Assembly: GCA_951406725.2 (NCBI GenBank) | Contig: OX597822.1 | Location: 33,046,001 to 33,110,000, forward strand | DNA from: Octopus vulgaris | Taxonomy: Eukaryota | Reading direction: 5' to 3' | Length of the DNA stretch: 64,000 nt | Shown here: positions 53,696-64,000 of the stretch, piece after piece | Numbering within the stretch: position 1 is the first letter of the stretch | Layout of the letters: every line of letters starts with the position of its first letter | Made by a program: the position numbers and the translations under genes | Notes under the pieces: generated by a model | Told to the model about the DNA's origin: nothing | Seen by the model: the letters and a program-made list of their open reading frames with translations, nothing else | Databases searched by the model: none

Positions 53696-53901
53696 TGTAT
53701 GTATGTATGTATGTATGTATGCATGTATGTATGTATGTATGTTTGTATGTATGGAAGTATGTATATGTATGCATGTATGTATGTATGTATGTATGTATGT
53801 ATGTATGTATGTTTGTATGTATGGAAGTATGTATATGTATGCATGTATGTGGACAGAAAAATATAAACAAAATTGAAGTAGTAACATGGTTATAAATCGC
53901 A

Positions 53902-53933
<32 letters not shown>

Positions 53934-54016
53934 ATACATATACACTCTCTCTCTCATACACACACATACATACATATATATATGTATATATATATAGAGA
54001 TATAAGTATGTGCATG

Positions 54017-54047
<31 letters not shown>

Positions 54048-54062
54048 ATTTATATATATATA

Positions 54063-54138
<76 letters not shown>

Positions 54139-54520
54139 ACGAGAAAAAAAATCGAGTGACAAATGTGATTGAAAATAAAATATGACGAAATTAGTCACTG
54201 ACTATATTTCAATGAACTGTCAGGGGAACCTCAAGATATCAGTGAACTTCACACAGCTATACTATGAATAGAAATCAGTCGTTAAAAAAGCTCAGAGTTA
54301 GGTTTCTACTTATGATCGTGGTTTTATTGAATGATTTATCATGCGAGATACACAAAGCAAGCAAGTGTATGTACACGCGCACGCACCACACACACACGCA
54401 ATTTTTCAACACACACAGACATACATACCCATACAATTATATATATCAATATACATATATATATAAATATATATATACACACATATATATACATATACAT
54501 ATATATATATACATGTATCA

Positions 54521-54570
<50 letters not shown>

Positions 54571-54933
54571 ATATACATATATATATATATATGTATGTTT
54601 ATGCACATGTATATATATACATACATAGATACAAATATACATACATACAAGCATACATACAGACGCATATACATTCATACATATATACAATTAAAAATAA
54701 GTGCATAGAAAAACTTCTTTGCCTATATGTAGAAAATAGACGTTAAATCGTTGAACCACGTAAAATATTTTCACTATTCTTATTTGACAACAGTCGAAAC
54801 ACGGAAGCAAGCTAACAGAAATTCATGAAATTTAGTTATCTCTGGATTGGACCAATTTCTGGATTAATCTAAAAAGCTGTTTCCTTCATGGGCAGAGAAC
54901 AAAAGGAAGTAAATGAAATACTTGTAACTGTGT

Positions 54934-55094
54934 GGTACCTTCAAAATCTACCAAAAACTCCAGCTAAAACATACACGTAGTTGAAAGCGGGTTAGCGAGA
55001 GAAAATTAAAAAGACTAACTTTTTAATTTTCTATCGCTTGCCTGCTTTGAACCACGTGTTTTAGCTGGAGATTTTGGTAGTTTTTGAAGCTACC
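54934..55094. repeat. Imperfect palindrome or MITE-like hairpin (~78-bp arms)
   Basis: ggtaccttcaaaatctacc...ggtagtttttgaagctacc. Confidence 0.75.
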
Positions 55095-55435
55095 GGCACT
55101 TAAGCATGCTGGAAAAAGGTCGCTTTTGCCCGATCTCCCTTGATATAGTTATATTCATATGTACATTATTATTAATTTAATGTATTAATTGCCTATAATT
55201 TTTTATAGCATGCTGACTACTTGATGTACATCATTAATGTGATTTTTATCCTTATATTCTTATATATATATAATTAATAATATCAGGCTAATAAAAATTT
55301 TAGAAATTTTTACTACCAGTGGCCTAGCGTATAGAAAAATTAGTCAATAGACTATATATTATTCATATAAAATGTACACTAATTCATATAAAATGTACAT
55401 ACGAGTATACTCACATATATGTAAGTATATACTCA

Positions 55436-55898
<463 letters not shown>

Positions 55899-56716
55899 GC
55901 TTCACATCCACTGAGCCCAACACATAGTATCTTACATTCAACTATATTTCTTAGACTCAACTAACATCGCTTCTTTATTACTTACCATTTTACGTGAAAC
56001 ACTAGAGATGCTATCTACTGCCTTAAATGTCAGTTCAGTAGAAACATACTATATTACTCTCTTGAAGTTAAAAGAAAGAGAAGCTATCAAACATTTTTAT
56101 TGGCAGATTTGTTACGTAACAGAAAAAAGGGTTTTGAATTTCCTCAACATGTGTACGCTTTCCTTAACCGTACACAATCTATTATGGACAACCTTTATTA
56201 CGTTACATTGTCACCGTAGCACAATATAACAACTTGTAAGAGCTTTCAGATCATTCTTCTTTATTAGCCTCAGTTGTTTCATTGAAGCAAACATAAAATA
56301 TTATATCAAGACAGCTTGGAAACTCGCTGTCTTCCCCAAAAAAGAAATATGTTATTGATCGTTAACAAATAGCTAACATTTCCTTCTATAAAATGTTGCC
56401 TTATATTCGCTTAATTGGTAATCCAGGTAATTAATAATTAATATAGTAACATAGTAATATATTTGCGATAATTACTGTTCTTGAATCTAATTTGTAAATG
56501 CACAATATATTTTATATGTTTAATAGTCTTCATCGACATTGCAACGAAAATACAATTCTTATTCTTACTATGCACACATATTTGTCGCTTGTATATTGAG
56601 TATAATAGCTATTTATTTCTCTGAAGGATTGATTATCATAAACTCTGGAAATTAATCTAATTCAGCTTCTCTTTGGCTGACTGAGAGTGCCAGTGGACTA
56701 AAACAAAGTATGCCTA

Positions 56717-56782
<66 letters not shown>

Positions 56783-56784
<2 letters not shown>

Positions 56785-58047
56785 CATGCAGGAAGTGAAT
56801 AAACACCTTTAATTTTCAAGATCTTTTATTTAATACGCAAAGCGAGCAATTGAAATGTAATCGATAGGTAGGACTATATACTTTAGTATTTAGATGACAT
56901 TCCCTTTGCAGTTCTTAATTCAGAAACTCTTTTTGGCATTGAACTGATGAGCTTTGTGATTGTCTCTTGTGGAATTTCTGCCCGCTTTTCTCGCAACAAT
57001 CGAAACAATTCATCATTAGATTTAGGATTCTGTCGAGTTTTTCGTATGGCTCTATCTAGCATGCGCCAAAGATTTTTAGTTGGGTTCATGTCAGAAGATT
57101 TGCTCGGCCAAGAAAGCTTTTTGATCCCATTTTCAATCAAACATTGTTGATTCCTTTTCGCTCTGTGGCTGGAGCCCCATCTTCCATGAATAAAAACTCC
57201 TTTTTCGTTATCGTGTGAATACATCGGAACTAATCCTTGCTTAAGTATTTCGATGTATTTTTCAGAGTTTATAGTTCCAACACATTCGATCAGCTCAGAA
57301 CGACCATTACTGGTGACAGCTCCCCATACCATTACAGAGATACCGCCATGTTTCACAGTTGGTTGGAGTCGTTTCAAATCAAATATTGATTGTGAAGCTT
57401 GCAGACCCAAACACGTCCACTGTCTGAAAATAATGCAAATCTGGATTCATCTGATAAAATTACTCTATCACAAATTGAACTGGAGTTTTCTGACATCTTA
57501 GCCCATTTCTTTCTTTTCATGATATTAATTAGTAGAAGGAGAGGTTTTCTTCTAGCTGCTCGTCCATAATACCCAAGCTTATGCAGATACGTAACACACC
57601 TTCTTGGACTAACTTCTAGCTGTTTTGCAATGTCAGAAGCCAAGCCTTCCAACGGGGTTCGTTTCCCACAATTCTCTTGAAACAGCGAAGCTTCCTTTCC
57701 GAGAGTCCACATCAGCCGGGACGAGAATCCGTTGATTCTTTTCCTTGGCTTTTGAATTTCACTATAATTCTATTAACAGTAGCAAGAGGAATTTGAAGAT
57801 TTTCGGCAATTTTTCGCTGGCTAAGACCAGCCTCAGATTGACCAACAATAAGACCTCTTTGAAATTCTGACAGTTCTGCTGAATTTTTGCGCGTGGCATG
57901 GTTACTCTTCGAAAATATTTAATATAATGGCATCTGGAATGAAAAAGAATAATTACATTGTAAATTCTACACCGCTGAAAACATATTAAGACGCTTAGAT
58001 CAGAAATTTTGAAAATTAAAGCTATATATTTACTTCTTGCACGTCTG

Positions 58048-58049
<2 letters not shown>
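56783..58049 (-). mobile_element. Tc1-like transposon, decayed, both TIRs
   Basis: [64 protein letters not shown]. Imperfect TIRs tgcaggaagtgaata..tttaattttca. Confidence 0.88.
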
Positions 58050-58087
<38 letters not shown>

Positions 58088-58111
<24 letters not shown>

Positions 58112-58355
58112 AGATTGGCCAAAAGTTACTCGATAGTAAACCAAAATTCCATAAATGTTTAATATTCAATTTTATTTATTAATTCCAAATATGAATGTTC
58201 AATAATTGAATGCTGTGAATTAAAGCAAGTTTCTTGTTTTAACTTTTGTTTTTGTTTATTTATTAGCGAAGTCTCATATAAAATAATTTTTTGTTTTAAT
58301 CTTGGAATTAAATGGGTTTTGATTTACTGGCAGGTGAGTTTCGGCCAACCCTGTA
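58088..58355. mobile_element. Tc1-derived MITE
   Basis: TIRs ta-ctagattggccaaaagttac / gtgagtttcggccaaccctg-ta. Confidence 0.65.
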
Positions 58356-58532
58356 TATAAGTATAAACATTACAAAACTTCGAGTTAAATATGTATGTTA
58401 ATCATTTCGTTTTACGTTACTGATGTGCCAGAAAAAGGAAGGTCTTACTACGGCTTGTTGATCATACATTAACTGATGTACCAAGACAGACTACATAAAC
58501 TTGGCGCAGAGGTAGATAGTGTGACTGACTAA

Positions 58533-58914
58533 TGGAAGCACCCCGTCGGTTACGACGACGAGGGTTCCGGTTGATCCGATCAATGGAACAGCCTGCTCGT
58601 GAAATTAACGTGTAAGTGGTTGAGCACTCCACAGACACGTGTACCCTTAACGTAGTTCTCGGGGATATTCAGGGTGACACAGAGAGTGACAAGGCCGGCC
58701 CTTTGAAATACAGGTACAACAGAAACAGGAAGTAAGAGTGAGAGAAAGTTGTGGTGAAAGAGTACAGCGGGGATCACCACCATCCCTGCCGGAGCCTCAT
58801 GGAGCTTTAGGTGTTTTCGCTCAATAAACACTCACAACGCCCGGTCTGGGAATCGAAACCGCGATCCTACGACCGCGAGTCCGCTGCCCTAACCACTGGG
58901 CCATTGCGCCTCCA
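58533..58914 (-). mobile_element. tRNA-derived SINE (GGAGGCGCAATGG head, third tail type)
   Basis: Head as 6563 and 12514, tail as 38992 and 39694; imperfect TSD gtgactg(a/c)cta. Confidence 0.88.
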
Positions 58915-59689
58915 AACGTGACTGCCTATTTAAGCTATTTATGGTTCGAAATTAAGCCGGATATTTTCTTATGCCAAACACCGCGAAGATCACAACTGAA
59001 TAACACATCAACGTCACAAAGTGCCACTCTCGGTTAAATATAAAAAGAAATATATACTCTGTATGAAACTGATAAGCAGAAGAAAGAGGGAGAAAGTATT
59101 CTATAATTTGTCGACACTTCTCAGGGAAAGCACGCCCTGTCTGTTTCCTCAAATCAACCAATCACCAGAAGAAAAAATGAGTGTTAATATGTGTGTGTGT
59201 GTATGTGGTGTGTGTGTGTGTGTGTGTGTGCTTTTCACTACAGGCATTTCTATCACACACTCTACACACACTTCATCTCTAATAAATCCACTCATAACGG
59301 TTTAGTTGACACGAGACTATAGTTGACACTTTCTCGTGGTGCGACAAGGTCGGAGTGAACCCGGGACCATGGGGTTGGGAAACAAGTTTCTTACCATATA
59401 GACACCTTGCAATTAACGAGATAAACTGATTGTTCAGTATCACATATATAATTGGTTCCAATCATGCCTTTCCACATGGATTTGGTAGAGAAGATGAGGT
59501 TTCACAAAAGTACCGCATGGAATAGAATTAAGATCTCAAACGAAAAAAATAACAAAATGAGGCTTCGAATGACCCGTCCGTTTTTTGTGTCGTCTATTTG
59601 AATGTTTTGCGTTCTTGTCCCATTTTGTATTTTTATATATATTTTTTATACATACATATATATATATATACTTACATATATAGATAAAT

Positions 59690-59720
<31 letters not shown>

Positions 59721-59731
59721 ATGTATGCATT

Positions 59732-59777
<46 letters not shown>

Positions 59778-59953
59778 CTAGGCAGCAGTAAGCAAATGAG
59801 TATCAACATTGAGAACTATAACCGTCATTAAATATAACACCTACATTGCTAGAAATAAGGGCTAAACGTTCCAGTGTTGTAGTCAAAACGCAAAAGTGCG
59901 AATAGACCTACTAACAGAAACTGTAATCGACCGAAAAGCAAAGGTCCGGACAT

Positions 59954-60004
59954 TCCCAGTCTGATTGGTCAGTTTCGGTTTTCGCCGGAGCCTCTTCAGT
60001 GGGA
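59954..60004 (-). ncRNA. Hammerhead motif with mutated cleavage triplet in (TA)n-flanked unit 59770-60085
   Basis: tccca CTGAAGA gg-[12]-cc GAAA ctga-ccaa-tcag AC tggga (GAC instead of GUC). Confidence 0.6.
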
Positions 60005-60085
60005 TCGACCCGACTCGGCTGATTCCGGACGACGATCACTCTCGGCACATATGTCTACGCCATAGAAATCTATGGCTGATTTAGC

Positions 60086-60125
<40 letters not shown>

Positions 60126-60182
60126 GGAGATAGTTAGACAAACAGGCAGAGAGGCAGGCAATTGAATAGATAGATAGCTAGC

Positions 60183-60249
<67 letters not shown>

Positions 60250-60302
60250 GTAGGTAGATAGATAGATAGATCGATAGATAGGTAGGTAGGTAGGTAGGTA
60301 GG

Positions 60303-60391
<89 letters not shown>

Positions 60392-60881
60392 GCATACATA
60401 CATACGTACGTATATACATACATACGTACGTACATACATACGTATATATTTTCTCCGGGGCATTGATTTCCAACTAGAAATCGAAATCGGTCTGTTGACA
60501 CGAATCGATTAATCTGGATGTTAGTTTTTGCTACATTAATCTTGTATGAAACCAATTGTGATATTAAAATCACTCAGTAAGAAAATTACATTATCAAAAT
60601 TGTCTGTTACTGAAAGACGTTTCTTTCAGTAATGACATCTTAACTGTCATAATACCAAAAGGAAACCGTACGCACAAAGAAAAAGAAAAAAAAATACTAA
60701 GAACGGGACAGAGTAAACATTAAGGGAAATATTTACAAACAGTGATACTTCATAGAATTAGTTGTGGTTAGTTGAATTGTCCTGCTTTATACAGACGGTA
60801 TCTGGTTTGATATTTGACTATACAATAAAATTTTTGTTGTTAAAACGAAGATTTAAATGTGGGGATTAAGAAATATAAGTA

Positions 60882-61505
60882 TTGGTTTCTAATTTTGGCA
60901 CAAGGCCAGAAGTCTCGTGCAAGCGGCTAAGTCGTTTACATTGATCCCAGTGCTCAACTGGCATTTATTTTATAGATACCGAAAGGCAAAGTCGACCTCG
61001 AGGGAACTTGATCCCAGAACGTAAAGACGGGCGAATTACTGTTAAGTATTTTGCCCGGCGTGCTAACGTTTCTTATTTCTTTATTGCCCTCAAGGGGCTA
61101 AACATAGAGGGGACAAACAAGAACAAACAAAGGGATTAAGTCGATTACATCAAACTCAGTGCGTAACTGGTACTTAATTTATCGACCCCGAAAGGATGAA
61201 AGGCAACGTCGATCTCAGCGGAATTTGAACTCAGAACGTAACAGCAGACGAAATACCGCTAAGCATTTTGCCCGGCCTGCTAACGATTCTGGCAGCTCCT
61301 CGCCCTAAGTTTTTACATAGGACCAGAAATTTCGGGGAAGGTTAAGTCGATTACATCGACCCCAGCATTCAACTGGTACATATTTCATTGAGCCTGAAAC
61401 TGATGTAATTTAAGATCGACCTCGGTGTAATTTAAAATAAGACCGTAAAGACAGAAGCAATGCCGGTAAGCATTTTGAACGGTATACTAAGGATTCTCCC
61501 AGCTT
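60882..61505 (-). mobile_element. Meta-domain-type SINE cluster
   Basis: Three units, 60882-61308 and 61315-61505. Confidence 0.8.
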
Positions 61506-62040
61506 GAATCACGCTTGCTTGCTTCCAGTGATACCCAGCCAAACTGGCGCATAATGGGAAAATACTATGAATATAAACACCCTGAAATGTGAATACAAAC
61601 GGAATAAAACATTTTTCGCTTAAATCGGACAACTCGTTAGAGAGATATTAGGGGGTTTCGGCGTATAAGTACCCAAGACGGTGCATAATGGGAAAATACT
61701 CCGAAAATAATTTAATCCTGAAAGGGAAGAAATTTTAACCATTCAATTTGATAGATTAGTGACTTGACAACGAAAAAATACGAGTTGTTCTTCACAGTAA
61801 TTGTTTCTATTTATCTTTTTGTTAAACTTAATATTTTAATCAGTTAGTGAATGTGATTTCAAAATTGTACAGTAAGTATTTATATTTTAGCTTTCTTTAA
61901 ACAGACAATATAAATTTTTAAAATTATTTTCAAGTGAATACCATAAACTTTTTTTCGCATATTTTAAAAATATTTTCAAGTGAAAATTACTTTTAAAATA
62001 GGGTAAATATTTCGTAAAATATGTATGTATATATATATGC

Positions 62041-62090
<50 letters not shown>

Positions 62091-62551
62091 ATGTGTATGT
62101 GTGTATGTGTGTATATGTATATATATGTATGACAAAAAATAGTTTAATTTTACTAAATAAATTTAACAACCGAATTATTAATTGTTATAGTATTGTACAG
62201 TTTATAAATTGTATTCTTATTACAAGAATGTTGTTTGTTACTTCCGAAAGTATTCATAGAGTTTGGATATGCGGCATATATAGTCCCTCATTTTGTAAAT
62301 AATAATATATATTAGTTCATCGGGAAATGTGCTTGTTGCTCGTTTGGTCTGTATTGATGATTCCTGTCGAGTTACTAAATTCTCCCTTCCATACTGTGCG
62401 AATAACAATCATTATTTAATTAACTTCAAATCTGGTTAGCCTTAAAATATTAGTAAATTTTATTTCTATTGTTGTGCCGTGATCTCTTGAGCACCACCAG
62501 CTCAAATATTTTTTCCTCTGTCTTCCCTTCTTGGGATCTTTCCTTCTCCTT

Positions 62552-62586
62552 GTTTCCGACGAAGAGCTCCGCTCGAAACGTTAAAC
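62552..62586 (+). ncRNA. Variant minimal hammerhead-like motif in pLTR remnant 62500-62695
   Basis: gttt CCGACGAA gagc-tcc-gctc GAAA CG TT aaac. Confidence 0.5.
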
Positions 62587-62690
62587 CCTCCTTCCCTTCT
62601 TTCCTGAGCGTCAATAATACTCTAATTGTTCCACGTCCTGCGTTGCTGTGTTTTTTTTTCTTTTTTTCTGTGTTTTCTTGTTTGTTTGAA

Positions 62691-63474
<784 letters not shown>

Positions 63475-63717
63475 TCAATATAGGGTGGCAAAAAAAATTT
63501 TGTAGAATTCTTTTTTGCCACCCTATATTGATTAATTATGCCACCCTATATTGATTAATTATGAATTTTCTGGTTAATTCCGTAATGGAATCGACGGCTT
63601 ATATTTATTTGCTGCCGATAAATTTGGCGCGAGTGCGACGATTTGAAAATTTTAGGTCAGATATAAACTTGGCAACGTCGGAAATGCCTCGTGAAAATAT
63701 CTGTTCCGTCTTGGGCT

Positions 63718-63824
63718 ATTTCTTACTGAAGAATCTGAGGGCCTGTGGAAGATTGGCTTGATTTAATTTAATCAGGTTAGTTTACCATTAATCAGCAGAT
63801 GAAACGGTATATCGTATAAGAAAT
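63718..63824 (+). ncRNA. Type-I hammerhead ribozyme with extended stem II
   Basis: atttctta CTGAAGA atctg-[58]-cagat GAAA cgg-tata-tcg TA taagaaat. 8-bp stem I, canonical core, GUA site. Confidence 0.88.
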
Positions 63825-63944
63825 TACAGGGTAAATGTTTTTTAAATTTTCTCCTGGTTTACTGAATTAACTTTTATTTGCGGTTGAAGCTCTGGCTGTT
63901 ATTTCTAGTGGGTGAATGGCCTATTATGGCCGTTCCTTTATTGT

Positions 63945-63988
<44 letters not shown>

Positions 63989-64000
63989 GTTATTTTAGAT

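Overview
AT-rich, microsatellite-saturated eukaryotic DNA with no recognisable host gene. The SINE families and (TA)n/(CA)n density suggest a coleoid cephalopod (Octopus-like) intergenic or intronic region; this assignment is an inference. Nearly all listed ORFs are translations of simple repeats. The real content is layered mobile DNA: three tRNA-derived SINE groups (CORE-type, Meta-domain-type, and a modular group with swapped tails), decayed Tc1/mariner/DD41D/hAT transposons, MITEs and a Helentron-type HINE. There is also a cluster of ORF1-only LINE-like elements and fragments of Penelope-like elements (PLE; Neptune-type RT and C-terminal GIY-YIG). The most striking signal is about 20 type-I hammerhead ribozyme (HHR)-like motifs from many unrelated non-coding units, almost all abutting (TA)n. 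They share one architecture: a short inverted 5' fragment, then one or more tandem ~450-bp HHR units, then (TA)n joined at an internal TATA. This points to a diverse population of retrozyme-like or PLE pseudo-LTR RNAs mobilised into TA microsatellites, including non-canonical cores (U3-A8 compensatory; 8-nt CUGWNGAA with an ultra-minimal stem III). All RNA folds were identified by eye; none was computed or tested.
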